A stretch of DNA of 63,414 nt, filler included, from Octopus bimaculoides (Eukaryota): assembly GCF_001194135.2 (NCBI RefSeq). It is 4 parts of 3 records of this genome, joined end to end, with 100 filler letters (N's around TTAATTAATTAA, not from the genome) between each part and the next. Parts side by side here need not be neighbours in the genome. Positions count along the whole stretch, not along the records: positions 1 to 27,924 come from NC_068985.1; 3 more parts are not named here. One strand, 5' to 3'. The stretch's first letter is position 1, and every line of letters starts with the position of its first letter. Under the pieces are notes generated by a model, which saw only the letters and a program-made list of their open reading frames with translations, was not told the origin of the DNA and did not search any database. Of the stretch, positions 1 through 14,039 are shown one piece after another. The position numbers and the translations under genes are program-made.

Positions 1-75
<75 letters not shown>
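1..75. repeat. (AAT)n microsatellite
   Basis: Pure AAT tandem run from base 1 to about 75. Confidence 0.95.
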
Positions 76-76
<1 letters not shown>

Positions 77-1260
77 GTATGCAAGTGTGTAGGTGGAAGG
101 GGGAAGTTGGATGTGGGATGTGGGATGTGTGTAGGAATCCATGTGGGGATTGGTGTCAGATGAAGTGAGGTAGTGAGTTGAGTCCATATTGTGCAAAGGA
201 ATGAAGAAAGAAGATTAATTCGGGTTCACATGAAAAATACTGAGGAAAAGTTGAAAATACATTAAAAGTTTCTTTTTTATATATATTTTGTGTAATTAAA
301 ACAAGTTTAACTTCTTAACAACCCTGGAGAATAATTTTATTCTATGTGTTTATGTGTTTGTAAAATAAAAATATCAAGATACCTTTTCACAGAATAAATG
401 TTCATAGTTCAACTGAAATTATAGTCATAATGTGAGTTTGACATATATAATTTATACAAGCCATATATAATAAGAATGACAAATATGGAAGGTAACAAGG
501 AAGACATACAGAGTCACATGTTGTTTCAAGCCATATTTGGAGAAGGTTTCAGTGTATACATATCTGAGTTTTGCAGCAAAAACAAGCTTTATTGTGGTAT
601 AGGAAAAAGTCAGATTTAACTTAAAAAAATCAAGTTTAACTGACCTGGATCTGGTTTTGTTGATTTCAGCCTTCATAATTTTATGTAATTTGTCCATATT
701 TTTCAATATTTAAAACCAAGTGACATTTCCAAAACAAGGGATGTATGTATGGTTTGTTAATATATATATATTGCCAGTGGAACGTTAAAAGCACATCTGA
801 GCATGATCGTTAAATTTTAACTGCATCCAAGAAACTCCTGTTTGTCAGCCTCTGTGCTGAAGTTAAGGTATTTGCAAACATAATTTAAGAAGAGGTAGCA
901 TATGTTGTTAGCAATTGTTAACAAAAACGGGGAGAGGAAGGGATAATATTTAGGGACACCATCTGCATGAAAACTCAATAGTAAAGAAGTGCTAGCATGC
1001 TTGATGTAGCAACCAATAAATACTAATTTGATTTAGCCAAAGAATTGGCTAATTACATCAAACACACAACAAACTTACTTTCCTGTTAGCCCAGCAATAT
1101 TTAACCCATTTGCCCATTTACCCAGTGCTTATGAGATGAAGACTTTGACGTTTGTCAGTGGATATATAATTATTTTCGATTGTAAAATGAGGCTGTTTTG
1201 GTTACTATATTTAACAAGTTGGGAGTCAATTCTCATCTCAATATCAAATCAATTCTTAAG

Positions 1261-1470
1261 ATGGTGAGCTGGCAGAATCATTAGCATGCTGGGCAAAATG
1301 CTTAGTGGCATTTAACCAGTCTTTGCAATCTGAGTTCAAGTTCTGCCAGGTTCAACCTTGCCTTTTATTCTTTCAGGATTGATAAAATAAGTTCCATTTG
1401 ATTAGTGGGGTTGATGTAGTCAACTTCAATGTTTCTCCAACATTGCTGACTTGAGCCAAAATTTGAAATC
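1261..1470 (+). mobile_element. tRNA-derived SINE, family B (GGTGAGCTGGCAGAATC head; Nin/Deu-like central domain)
   Basis: Head GGTGAGCTGGCAGAATCATTAGCA, B-box-like GAGTTCAAGTTC, and core CCTTTTATTCTTTCAGGATTGATAAAATAAGT. The same family recurs at about 3000-3390 (-), 19220-19410 (-), 32820-33300 (+) and 47560-48650 (+). Confidence 0.75.
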
Positions 1471-2046
1471 AATATTAAATACCTTCTTTCAAAGTAATTT
1501 CAATATGAAATTTATGAGAAATATTTGTTTACAAAATTCTTTGGTGCTACAAATGAAATATTTATTTCAATGAAACTTTTTCAACAATGAAATTATAAAA
1601 ACCCAGTCATGTACATATTAACACATTAATCGTTGAATAACTGATAAATAGTTGAATTTTAAAAATTAATTTCTTATTATTTTCACCTTTACAATTGATT
1701 TTCATAAATTTACACCACATATAGATGTTTATATAAAAACGTTTAAATATCGGTATATACATATGCATCGATACACATGCATACATACATACATACATAC
1801 ATACACATGTGTATGTATGCGTGTGTGTGTGACCCCTTATTTTTCCATGTTGCCTTCCGTCCTTCTCACTGTTATTGCATATGTTTGTATAAATAATGTG
1901 ACAAACTCGCCTTAAGAATACGTATATAATTTCAGTTGAACTATGAACAGTTATTTGATAAAAATGTATCTTTGTATTTTTATTTCTCAAACATATAAAC
2001 GCATAGAATAAAATTATTCTCCACTTAGGTTCAAAAGCTATAAATA

Positions 2047-2448
2047 GGCGCAGGAGTGGCTGTGTGGTAAGAAGCTTGCTCCCAAACCCCATGGTGTTGA
2101 GTTCAGTCCCACAGCATGGCACCTTGGGCAAGTGTCTTCTACTATGGCCTCAGGCTGACCAAAGCCTTGTGAATGGATTTGGTAGACAGAAACTGAAAGA
2201 AGCCCGCCATATATATATGTGTGTGTGTGTGTTTCTGTGTGTCTGTGTTTGTCCCCTCCCCCCACCATCGCTTGACAACTGATGTTGGTGTGCTTATGTC
2301 CCCGTAACTTAGCGGTTTGGCAAAAGGGATTTGATAGAATAAGTACTCGGCTTGCAAAGAATAAGTCCTGGGGTTGATTTGTTCAGCTAAAGGCGGTGCT
2401 CCAGCATGGCTGCAGTCAAATGGCTGAAACAAATATGAGAATAAAAGA

Positions 2449-2450
<2 letters not shown>
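2047..2450 (+). mobile_element. tRNA-derived SINE, family A, with internal (TA)n(TG)n microsatellite
   Basis: Head GGCGCAGGAGTGGCTGTGTGGTAAGAAGCTT, then GAGTTCAGTCCC and GGCACCTTGGGCAAGTGTCTTCT, an internal microsatellite, and the 3' part GGCGGTGCTCCAGCATGGC...AATAAAAGAAT. Further copies are near 14665, 16350-16615 (-), 22563-23010, 23077-23500, 28025-28290 (-), 30131-30520, 46553-46965, 56780-56945 (-) and 58188-59225. Confidence 0.8.
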
Positions 2451-2490
<40 letters not shown>

Positions 2491-2514
2491 CATTATCATT
2501 AATAGTAGACAGAT

Positions 2515-2950
2515 TCCATTACTTAGGTAACCGAGTTAACAGTGGAAGAGGTAGTTCTGAAACTGTTGCTGCAAGAATAAGAATAGGTTGAGCAAAGTTC
2601 AGAGAGTTACTACCTCTGTTAGTAACAAAAAGCCTCTCCTTCAGAGAATGAAGCAGAGATTATGATGTCTGTGTACAAACAGCTATGCTACATGGCAGTG
2701 AAAGATGGGCTGTGACTACAGAGGACATATGAAGGCTGAAAGAAATGAAACTAGGATGGGTAATGTCAGTGTTCATATATAGCAGAGTGTCATGTAAAAG
2801 TGCCCAGTACACTTTGTGAAGTAGTTGGAATTAGGGAGGGTATCCATTAGAAACCATGCCGAAACAGACAAATGGAACCCTGTCATCTGTTCAAGTGGTC
2901 AGATCCTGTCAAACTGTCCAACCCGTGCCATCATGGAAAATGGACGTTAA
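2515..2950 (+). mobile_element. RTE-clade LINE 3' fragment (degenerate)
   Basis: Translates to ARIRIG*AKFRELLPLLVTK...TAMLHGSERWAVTTEDI, matching the other RTE copies here, and is followed by the RTE 3' tail (CCAACCCGTGCCATCATGGAAAATGGACGTTAA). Confidence 0.8.
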
Positions 2951-4898
2951 GTGGTTGTGGTTGTGGTGGTGGTGGTGGTGAGTATTATAGCAGTAATAGT
3001 TTCCAATTGCGGCACCAGGTGTCAGCAATTTTTGAGGGAAGGTTATTAGCCAATACCACTGAGCTGAGTATTTGACTGTTATTTCATTGTATCGACTTTG
3101 GAGGAATGAAAGGCAAAACTGGTTTTCATGGAATTTGAACTCAGGACAATTTGACCAACTCAAACCTATGGAAATTCTTTGCTACTCTAGGTACAACGCC
3201 TGAAATTTTGAGGGAGGGGGCCAGTCGATTACATCGACACCAGTACGCAACTGGTACTTAATTTATCGACCCTGAAAGGAAGAAAAACAAAATCAACCTC
3301 AGCAGAATTTGAACTCAGAACATAAAGACAGACAAAATACCACTAAGCATTTTGCCCAGCGTGCTAACGTTTCTGCCAGCTCGCCACCCTATCAAACCTA
3401 TGGATATTGACACACCAGGATAGTAGATCAAATCCTCTCAAGAATTTCATTGGATCTAACTAAATGCAACATGGAATTTAGTTGGATGTACAATCAATTT
3501 TGCTTCTCTTCTTCTCTTGCAAACTGAACGATAACAAAAAGAATGAAAATAATAAAGAAAATTATGGTAATGCAAATTTAATTGTTAAACAATTTGTTTT
3601 ATCAAAGAAAGTTGGTTGTCATAAACTGGGTGTGATGGGTTAACAAAAGTTAATTCTCTACTTTCTTTCTCCAGTAAAACTCCTCTAATTATATAAAATG
3701 AAATCCCAGATTTTGTGGCTCTGCAATTTCATGTCATCTTCCTTCTATGAAGATCTTTATCAACAATTTACAGCATATGATTTTTACAGAAGATAGTTGT
3801 GATTCTTTTTGCAGAAGATGGCGGTGGTGGTGAGTGTTGTTTTTGATGTTAAGGTAGCAGTAGTAGTGGTAGTNNNNNNNNNNNNNNNNNNNNNNNNNNN
3901 NNNNNNNNNNNNNNNNNNNNNNNNNNNNNNNNNNNNNNNNNNNNNNNNNNNNNNNNNNNNNNNNNNNNNNNNNNNNNNNNNNNNNNNNNNNNNNNNNNNN
4001 NNNNNNNNNNNNNNNNNNNNNNNNNNNNNNNNNNNNNNNNNNNNNNNNNNNNNNNNNNNNNNNNNNNNNNNNNNNNNNNNNNNNNNNNNNCGGTGGCGGT
4101 GGTGGTGGTGGCGGTGGTGGTGAGTGTTGTTTTTGATGTTAAGGTAGCAGTAGTAGTGGTAGTGGTTGTTTTTATGTGGAATTAGTGTGTTACACCGTTG
4201 GTAATTAATGTGTGTCTGGGGAGGCATGTGGCGGGAGTGAATTAGGTAACAAAGTGATATGAGGCATGTTACATAGTGTGAGTATGGAGTGGCATGGCAG
4301 AGGAGGGTAGTTGTTAATGTTTATGTTTGTGTATGTATGTGTATGCGTATGTATGTGGTGTATGTATGCATATCTATGTGTGTATTTGTGTGGTATAGTG
4401 TGTATGTATGTGTGTTTGCATTTGTGTAATATGATGTGTGCATGTAGCATGATGTATGTGTGTAGTGTAATGTGTGTGTATGTGTGTGTGTATGTGTGTG
4501 TATGTATGTATGTGTATGTGTGTGCGTGAGGATGAAATACAAGAGATAGAAAGAGGGAGGGCAAGAGGGCGTGAGAGAAGGAGGAGAGAAGTTCTTTGTA
4601 AAACAAACCAATTATCCAGACATTTAAATTCTAGAAATACAAACCTTATAAAACAGATTTCTTTCCGTCAATATTTTAATCAAACTTGAATAACAATGGG
4701 AGGCATTTGGTGGATGCTTCACCTTTTCTAGAATCACTTTCCATTGGAGTTGATTTTAGTATTTCATATTTTTAGTCCCGTTTTAATAACAATCTGTGAA
4801 CTACTGAAGTTTCCTAACTAAATCAACATCAGTCCGACTCTACAACCTTAGCAATTTTCAACTTGTCAGATGTTGCACTAATTTATAATTCAATTTAA

Positions 4899-5584
4899 TT
4901 AACCCTTTCATTACTGTATTTATTTTGAGGGCCTCACCGAGGCGATGACTACTGACCGAGACCTTTGGAAATGTGCTGTGCGTGAGAAGACCGGCAAGCC
5001 AAGTAAGATCATTGCCAGTGCCCCTGGACTGGCTCTTGTGCGGGTGGCACATGAGATGCACCATTTTGAGCGTGGCCGTTGCCAGTACCGCCTGACTGGC
5101 TCCCGTAGGATTTTCGAGCGAGATCGTTGCCAGTGCCCCTGGACTAGCTTGTGCGGGTGGCACATAAAAGACACCATTTCGAGCGTGGCCGTTTTCGTGC
5201 GGGTGACACGTAAAAGCACCCACTACACTCTCTGAGTGGTTGGCGTTAGGAAGGGCATCCAGCTGTAGAAACTCTGCCAAATTAGACTGGAGCCTGGTGT
5301 TGCCATCCGGTTTCACCAGTCCTCAGTCAAATCGTCCAACCCATGCTAGCATGGAAAGCGGACGTTAAACGATGATGATGATGATGATGATAATGTTCTG
5401 TGTTTCTTTCAATTACTTGAAATATAACAAAGAATTAAGTAAAATAACTCAGTTATCATTCAGCTAGTGTTAGGAACATAAATTGTGACTAAGGTTTGGT
5501 GGAAGATTTTAATTGAAGACTTATGAAAAAATGACATTTGTACTACAGAGCTGGTTTCAGTCGGGTTAGTAACGAAAGGGTTAG
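4899..5584. mobile_element. piggyBac-like MITE (TTAA-CCCTTTC...GAAAGGG-TTA) interrupted by a young RTE 3'-tail element (about 4929-5392)
   Basis: TTAACCCTTTCATTAC at 4899 and GTAACGAAAGGGTTAG at about 5570-5584 form terminal inverted repeats. The insert ends in (GAT)n and keeps many CpGs. Confidence 0.65.
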
Positions 5585-6078
5585 AAAAAATTATTATGAA
5601 AGAGACAGGAACTGAGTTGATAAAAGTCCAGGTTGTTAAGATTTTACACTACAGACTCATGGTTCATGAGTTCAAATCTACTATTGGTACTTCTGAGCAG
5701 AATAATTTTGTATATTGCCAAAGTTCATCCAGGTGATAAGAACTGGTGTAGATTTGATCAACCTGGTTCAGTTTTTAATAATTGTTCATCATTTATTTTA
5801 TTCTTCTTTGCGATTCTGAGTTCTGAATTTGTGCCAACAGACACAACGAAATGCTCTTAACAAGACATCACGAGTACTGGAATTCTTTGTTGGCACACAG
5901 CCCCTGGAGCTGCCCATAGCTCTCTGCTATGTGTGAATTCAAAATTAGAAAGAAAAAGAAACAAAACAGTATGTCTGTTTGTATGCAAACAGAATGAATA
6001 GAAAGAGACTATTTAGTTCCTTTGTCTATCCCTGGTTGTTTTATATGCTACCCTTTCATCAAGTCAACAACTGTTATA

Positions 6079-6634
6079 TATGGGGTCTGATCAAAATGCA
6101 TGAAGGCTTCTGCTATAACAAGAAAATTGCAACACACATCAATTTGGCATTTAATCTCTTTGGAACTAAACCCCTTCGAAAGCTATACACTTTATCAAGT
6201 GTTGTTTCCATTGATGGAAGCATTCCAGGAATTCTTTTTTGGGATAGTGAGCAGCTGCCTTGTCACATTCACTTCACTTTCCTCATCTTGAACTCTTGTT
6301 CCTTTCAAGTAGGATTTGATTTCTGCCTTAGTTTTGTGGTCATAGCCATAGGCTCAAGATTCATCCCCTGTATGAGCCTTGTCAAAAATCTTGTCTTCCT
6401 TGACACAATGAAGGAGATCTTGGGCAGCTGAAACCTGATCTTCCTTTTGAGATGACCACACTTGACACACTCTACTTCTAAGCTACAAACAATGGAAATG
6501 TGTGAAAACATTATAACTTGGTGTGCATCTATGTGACAGAGTTCTTGGTCAATCTGTGTCAAGTGACTTCCCCTTGTTTATCTTAACTCCGTTGTCCTAG
6601 CAACAGCTTTGATACTTTTTGATCAGACTTCGTA
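6079..6634 (-). mobile_element. Internally deleted mariner transposon with TIRs
   Basis: The minus strand reads AAQDLLHCVKEDKIFDKAHTGDES*AYGYDHKTKAE (mariner TGDE-W-Y-YD motif) and EFLECFHQWKQHLIKCIAFEG (C-terminus). TIRs are TA-TGGGGTCTGATCAAAA (6079) and TTTTTGATCAGACTTCG-TA (ending 6634). Confidence 0.8.
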
Positions 6635-8855
6635 TTGTGTGATTGAACAAATTGTCTTTGACTCAACAGTGACTGCTGAGGAGAACAGTCACCAAACCTG
6701 TTAATTGTCCCTCAAGGCAAATGGTGACAGGTATTTCATATTTTCATTCTATAGTATATTTGAGATTCATTCTTCTCAATTATATAACTTATGTAAACAT
6801 AAAATCATAGCACCTACTACCTGTTAAGTTTGGTGCTTATTTTACTTGTGTCTGCATTGTCATTAAAAGTTAAAAAGCAAAAAAACAACTTCCACCCTTT
6901 AGTGTTGGATCAATTTTCCTTTTCATTATTAAATCCATTTCTTCTGCCAAAAGTATCCATGCCCAGAGGCATGTAATGCTAACTTGTAAACATCCAGAAA
7001 TTTGACTATGCCCTTTGTGAATCATATATACGAAATAAAATTTAAGTTTACTTTTGCAGTGAAAGGAATTGTGTGGTGAAATTGCTAGAGACTGTCACCA
7101 TTTCTTGATCTGAACATTAGACATATCTCCATTATATCTCCATTACATTTTGCATCAAGTTCTACAACAGGTAATGTTCATCCACTGCATAACATTCCCT
7201 CATACATGCTAAACACACACAATATTATTATATATAAATGTGTGTGTGTGTGCATGTATGTGTGTGTGTGTGCATGTGTGTGTGTGTGTGTGCATGTGTG
7301 TGTGTATATGTATAAATACTCCCACATGTATGCATGTGCATGCATGCTAAGTATTTAAAAGCTCGTTGCGAGATATGCGGTGTATCATTTTAATGATGAA
7401 AACCTTTACTAAGCCGCCTACAGAAAAAAATATAATTTTTAACATTAAGTCTAAAATTTCTTCCTGAAGATTGCATGTTCTCTCACAAAAGTGCTTTGAT
7501 TATGAAAATATTGGAAAACATGTCGAGCTTATATTCAATAAACTTTCTTAGAACATTTCATGTCTGCAAGCTAAAATTCTTTGCTTATATCACCAAATTT
7601 GGTTTCTTTTTTTTATTGTAATTTTTGATTTCTTGTTTAACTTCCTTTTAACCCATTACACAAAAGACTGCTTGTTAAAAAATATTATCAATGATGATAA
7701 TGATAATGATATAAATGATAATAATGAGAATAATAATGATATGATAACAATAGCCATGTCCAAGAAGAAAACTGAAATAAAGAATCTTAAGAAATACAAT
7801 TTTTTTTTCGACTATTGAAGAAAACTATTAATGAAATATCAAAAAAGTATTAATGAACACCAGAAAAATTATTTCTTTTCAAATGTAAAAAGTAAGGAAA
7901 TTATTTGAGGTTTATGGTTGGAAGGTAGAAAAAATAAAATAAAGATTTGTCTAAATATTTTTTGCCAACAGTAACAGAAATATTTTGCTAAAAAGAAAAA
8001 TTCTATTTCAGCAAACAACTGGATTGGCTAGAATACATAGCAATTCTATAAGATTTATGCAAAATATACCGAAGTGTTAAAAACCGGAATTTCTTCTATG
8101 CTGGCACTGTCTCGATTTTCATTTCGTTGTCTTTTATTTACAGATAATTTCCTGTTGAGAAATCTTCAATTTTCTCCTGGTTATTTATCATGTACCAATT
8201 AGTCGTATGAAAGTGGAAATATACAGCAACAATTATTCCAGAATGTTTAGAAGGAAATTGACTGAATTTGAAGACAAGATTAAACTGGGAAGTGAAAAAT
8301 GTAGACTAGAAACATACGCTATCACTATTTTATAAGGATCTTTTAAGAGGCAAAAAGGAATCTTTTGTTAATGGCGTTAAGCAAAGGAGAGAGAAAACTT
8401 TTGGATAGGGATGTTACCTACAATAGGTTGACGTCTGGGTAATCTGTAGCTGGTATACATCTTTTTTTGTTTGGATCAGACAATTGGTTGGTAGAAAGTG
8501 TTTTGAATTCAAGGTATATGAGGTAGCATTTTGGTGCTCTGCCCATTTCACTGTTGCGCTACCATCCAGAACAAAAGGCTCTTTCATCATAGGTTGCCTG
8601 TCACGTATGGCAGGACATAATCTGGGCAGTAATGATGATGGCTTTATACTTTTAAACAATATATTTGTTTGCACAGATTGTAAGCTCTAATAATGTTAAC
8701 TAACCATTACTTGAAACCGACTTGTTATCCATTTCTTGTTGCTAACATTTTTTGATGAGGAACAGCTGTTGTTGAATGTCTATAATACAAACGATATTTC
8801 CGTTCCAGTGCTAATGCTGGGAAGCATGAACTTTCTCTGCCTCTCAACCTTGCTC

Positions 8856-8900
<45 letters not shown>

Positions 8901-8940
8901 CTCCCTCCATCTNNNNNNNNNNNNNNNNNNNACCTTGCTC

Positions 8941-8985
<45 letters not shown>

Positions 8986-9477
8986 CTCCCTCCATCTTTC
9001 TCTTTTTCTCATTCATTGGTAAACCATTTCATTGATTTAAAAACCTAATCTCATGCGTGTAATGCCATGTTAAACATGTACAAGAAGATAATCTCTTTGA
9101 TTTTGTTATCACTTTCTAACTCCTTGATTGACATCAATATGCTGCTTCTCTTCCACCTTCATCTTGAACTCAATCAACTTTGGGCACTACAAGGGAATAT
9201 CAAATCACTGCATCATATTTTACAATCCATAATAGAGAGGTGCTTATAACTTGTTGTTGCCATTTAGCCCCAGGTCAGTCCTGATCCATCAGACCTATGA
9301 TCAGAGCAATCAATACTTAACTGTCTTAACATCCTGTATCTAAAACTGCATTATCTTATGTGCCTTTCTTTCTTTTAATATACTAGGAAGCGAATTTAGA
9401 GAGATTTAGTTGTTATTTCTAGTAGAGCTGGCAATGACAGTGAGTCTTCCTTCTTGATTTATTAAAAAAACAGAATG

Positions 9478-9795
9478 AAGGCACATGGTTTAGTGGTTAG
9501 GGCATTCGGCTCATGATCATAAGGATATGAGTTCAATACCTACTGGTGCATTGTGTCCTTGAGCAAGAAACTTTATTCCATATTGCTCCAGTTCACACAG
9601 TTGGCAGAAATGAGTTGTACCTGTCATTCAAAGGGTCAGCCTTGTTACACTCTGTGTCATGCTGAATCTCCCTGAGAACTACATTAAGGTTACACATGTC
9701 TGTGGAGTGCTCAGCCACTTGCAGCTTAATTTCACAGGCAGGCTGTTCTGTTGATCAGATCAACTAGAATACTTGTCATTGCAACCAATGGAGGA
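9478..9795 (+). mobile_element. tRNA-derived SINE, family C
   Basis: A-box TGGTTTAGTGGTTAGGGCATT, B-box GAGTTCAATACC and TGTGTCCTTGAGCAAG motif. A related decayed copy lies at about 52320-52480. Confidence 0.7.
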
Positions 9796-11184
9796 CCAAT
9801 TATTAAAAAGCAAGTGAAGAAGATGAGCTGAATCCATGTTGGAAGACTGGTTTCTAATTTGAGAAAAAGCATGAATAACAGTCTTGTCCTATTTTTCTAG
9901 AATCAGTAAAGCTAACATAACACTGTTAATGGATAGGGAAAATGAAAATGCAGGCGCGTGGGATACGTTCCCATTGTTCTAGAATCACTGTGTAGAAAAC
10001 CTCTCACACACTCTAACACAATGAACCAAACTGCGTCTCGACATCCCTTCTCTTCCTCACATGTACTATGATTACCTCCCACTNNNNNNNNNNTCTCCCT
10101 GAGAACTACATTAAGGTTACACATGTCTGTGGAGTGCTCAGCCACTTGCAGCTTAATTTCACAGGCAGGCTGTTCTGTTGATCAGATCAACTAGAATACT
10201 TGTCATTGCAACCAATGGAGGACCAATTATTAAAAAGCAAGTGAAGAAGATGAGCTGAATCCATGTTGGAAGACTGGTTTCTAATTTGAGAAAAAGCATG
10301 AATAACAGTCTTGTCCTNNNNNNNNNNNNNNNNNNNNNNNNNNNNNNNNNNNNNNNNNNNNNNNNNNNNNNNNNNNNNNNNNNNNNNNNNNNNNNNNNNN
10401 NNNNNNNNNNNNNNNNNNNNNNNNNNNNNNNNNNNNNNNNNNNNNNNNNNNNNNNNNNNNNNNNNNNNNNNNNNNNNNNNNNNNNNNNNNNNNNNNNNNN
10501 NNNNNNNNNNNNNNNNNNNNNNNNNNNNNNNNNNNNNNNNNNNNNNNNNNNNNNNNNNNNNNNNNNNNNNNNNNNNNNNNNNNNNNNNNNNNNNNNNNNN
10601 NNNNNNNNNNNNNNNNNNNNNNNNNNNNNNNNNNNNNNNNNNNNNNNNNNNNNNNNNNNNNNNNNNNNNNNNNNNNNNNNNNNNNNNNNNNNNNNNNNNN
10701 NNNNNNNNNNNNNNNNNNNNNNNNNNNNNNNNNNNNNNNNNNNNNNNNNNNNNNNNNNNNNNNNNNNNNNNNNNNNNNNNNNNNNNNNNNNNNNNNNNNN
10801 NNNNNNNNNNNNNNNNNNNNNNNNNNNNNNNNNNNNNNNNNNNNNNNNNNNNNNNNNNNNNNNNNNNNNNNNNNNNNNNNNNNNNNNNNNNNNNNNNNNN
10901 NNNNNNNNNNNNNNNNNNNNNNNNNNNNNNNNNNNNNNNNNNNNNNNNNNNNNNNNNNNNNNNNNNNNNNNNNNNNNNNNNNNNNNNNNNNNNNNNNNNN
11001 NNNNNNNNNNNNNNNNNNNNNNNNNNNNNNNNNNNNNNNNNNNNNNNNNNNNNNNNNNNNNNNNNNNNNNNNNNNNNNNNNNNNNNNNNNNNCTCTTCAG
11101 TAAGACCCCTACGTCTGTCTCACTATAACCTTTTCATCATCACCTCCCCCTATGCCTCCTCGCCTCTTAAAAGTGTTTTTCTTG

Positions 11185-11545
11185 CAAGTACTTGGTGACC
11201 CTGTCAGTGCAGGTGCTACTTAAAAGCACCCAGTCCACACTGCAAAATGGTTGGTGTTCAGAAGGGCATCCAGCTGTAAAAATCCTGCCAAAACTGACCT
11301 CGCCTGTGCTGGTGCCACATAAAGAGCATTAAGTCCACTCTGCTGAGTGGTTGGTGTTAGGAAGAGCATCCAGCTATAAAAATCCTGCCAAAACAGTCAC
11401 AGAAGTCTGATACAGGCTTCGGCCTGGCCGGCTGTTGTGGTACCATCCGTCCCACCCATGCTAGCATGGAACACAGACATTAAATGATGATGATGATGTC
11501 GATGACGATGACGATGATGATGACGATGATAACGATGATGATGAT
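11185..11545 (+). mobile_element. RTE 3'-tail short element ending in (GAT)n
   Basis: GGTTGGTGTTAGGAAGAGCATCCAGCTATAAAA...CCACCCATGCTAGCATGGAA...TTAAATGATGATGATG. This is the same tail as on the RTE copies at about 5230-5390, 41820-42070 (-) and 54700-54845. Confidence 0.75.
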
Positions 11546-12333
11546 GTTGAGTGGGATAGATAAATATGAGATATGCTTTACATTAATGGTTACGGGGACA
11601 GTTTCACTAAACATGTGAACGCATACCAGATTATGGCCTTTGGAACTTAGTAAACCAAAAAGCATTGACTCTCTACAAGTATCAATCAGAACCAAATTCT
11701 TCTTTATGATCCAGCAAGACAGGCAACCAAATTCCTCAATGCCAACACACTTCTAATGTCACAGTTTTGCAGATTAGAATTTACACAATACATTTCTATC
11801 TTCTCCCCTTCCCAGCTACTTGTCCGGATATGTTAATATTGTGTCTTGGAGGAATAAGTTCAGACTTGGTTTCATACATGTTACCATTTACATTCTAATA
11901 TGCAACTGTGTAGTCATTCTTTGCCATGAGAGTGGAATTGTTTTTGGTATTCTACTAATGCCAGCCAGCTTGGTATTCTTATATTCTGATTGAAAGTTTG
12001 TTAAGAAAGGTCAATATGACAACCTATCATAAAAGTTCTGAGTTCTTCTATCCTGAAGTCATTCTCTTGTCATAGTTTCAGCAATACCAAAATTAATGCT
12101 GCATAGTTTGGATGTAATGCAGGATAACGAATTGTTTTGTATTCTTGCCTCACAGCATTCTGGTTGAATTCTTCAGATTTTCCTCCAGTATAAACCTGTA
12201 CCTTCATCAGAAGTTGCTTCTCTGACTTTCAATGGCCATTTCTCAATAACTCAGTTGAATGCTGACTGAAGGACACCATATTTATTTCTTCTGATGTTTA
12301 TTGTTTTTGACCACATGTATGTATGTATGTATG

Positions 12334-12367
<34 letters not shown>

Positions 12368-12789
12368 TGTATGTATGCATTCATGCAAGTCTGTATTTAT
12401 GTATACACATATGATTATAGACAACATGTATACATGCTCTCTTCTATTCTTAATTCTTTGAATTCTTCCTCAATAGAAGGAGTCAGTTTCTAACAATGGT
12501 ACAAAGTTCCATCTTTAGAATGTTGATAACAAAAACAATGTCACATTTTAAACCTGAGAATAGTCTTGCATATTTTTACTATTCCACTTACAGACTTTTT
12601 GGTCGACTTCTTTTTCAGAAAATCCTAGTTTTTCCTAATTGTCGCTTAAACATTTACTGACACAATCAATTGAACAATGAATTGTTATTGGTGTAAATAT
12701 GAGTTTATAACTTAGGTAAAGAAGCTGAAGGTTTCAAAACATTTGTGGCCAGTTACCCTCTTCCTCCTGAATTTTCAAAGAGATTTTCA

Positions 12790-13560
12790 CATCAACAAAG
12801 CAGCTGACCTCTGGGATGGTTACGTTTTCTCATCTGGCCAGTTACGTTTGCACTTGGCATAAGTTTTGATGGCAACATTTCACCAAAATTCCTTGTGTTG
12901 ATGTTTGTGAATGTATTCAATAACAGGAGGATCCTCAATACTTTTTATCCCAGGATAGTCTTTTCCCAAATGGCATCACATTTTGTTTTAGAGGGAACAT
13001 GTTGCCGTATTAAGATGTAGTACTTTAACGTCATTTTTGGGCAGCTGCTAATCACATGTGTGATGTCTTCCAAAGAAATGTGATTTAATTATTATTTTCA
13101 GTTGCATCTTGTAGTACCAAGGGCTTCACCGCCACTTTAGTCCATTAGGTATTTGGTAGCAATTTCCTGTTTTTGGGATTCCACTTTTGCCAAGTGCAGA
13201 GACTTCAGCTACTCTGAGTAGGAAAGAAATTCATATGCTTTCCTCTAACCAAGTCGTATTCTCACAAGGCTTCTATCCTATTTCCTTTCTTTCTACAGCA
13301 CAGCATTGTTTATCAAAAGTTGCTGGGCACATTCCTTCACTTCCTTCCTTCCATCTATTCATCAATCACTATTTATTGTCGGACTCACTACAATGCCAGA
13401 GGAATCGGTTGAGGCAGCTTGTATAGAGCTTGTGCATAATGTTTAAACAAACAGTAGGCCCGTAGTTTTCTGCTAACTCAGCCATTTCGTTCTTGACTAC
13501 AAGATTCATCCATATTCTAAGCAAGTTAATTTGGAATGTCTATCTGACCTTCCACAGTTC
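12790..13560 (-). mobile_element. R4/Dong-type (RLE) non-LTR retrotransposon fragment, heavily decayed
   Basis: Minus-strand translation gives QKQEIATKYLM, EDITHVISSCPKMTLKYYILIRQH (CCHC-knuckle end) and HKEFW*NVAIKTYAKCKRNWPD (approach to the RLE R-P-D motif). Confidence 0.7.
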
Positions 13561-13679
13561 TTTTAAATATGCATATTAATGATTTTCTATATAATATCAG
13601 CCTCTGGTACCAATATTCAACTGTTAAGTCTTTTCCAGGTGTCTTCCTATTATGCAGTTTTCCTACGACTACAGGGGTG

Positions 13680-14035
13680 GAGAGGGGTATCCAAAAGAAA
13701 CCGAAAGTTTGCAATATTATTTTATTCACTTAGTTTTACTTGTTTACACTTTTATCCCCTTCAAAGTATTCTCCATTTGAAGCATCAATATTTTCCATTG
13801 TTCAAAGCAGTTCTGGAACTCTTGTGAAGTGATGCCTTTTAATGTCTCCATGTTTTTTTTAACTTCACTTCTTCCACATCTGCAAAACGTTTTCCTTTAA
13901 GGACTTCAGGGGAACAAAAAACAAGGCGCTGGGAGCAAGAGTGAGTACAGGGGGTAAGTAAGGTCATGCCCTTTTTGGTAAAAAAAACTGTCTCACATTC
14001 AAGGTAGTGTACTATGCCACACAAGCAGAAGAACC
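13680..14035 (-). mobile_element. mariner transposase C-terminal fragment with 3' TIR
   Basis: EVLKGKRFADVEEVK..., then a shifted frame giving ITSQEFQNCFEQWK. TIR-like GAGGGGTATCCAAAAGAAACCG at about 13683. Confidence 0.75.
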
Positions 14036-14039
14036 CAGT

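Noticed and set aside
8414-8674. Minus-strand 86-aa ORF ending at an AG|GTAAC donor-like site
   Set aside because: It has no recognisable domain, no clear acceptor, and no partner exons.
9667-10317. Exact 224-bp direct repeat (9667-9890 and 10094-10317)
   Set aside because: The second copy sits between two N gaps, which is typical of an unmerged contig overlap.
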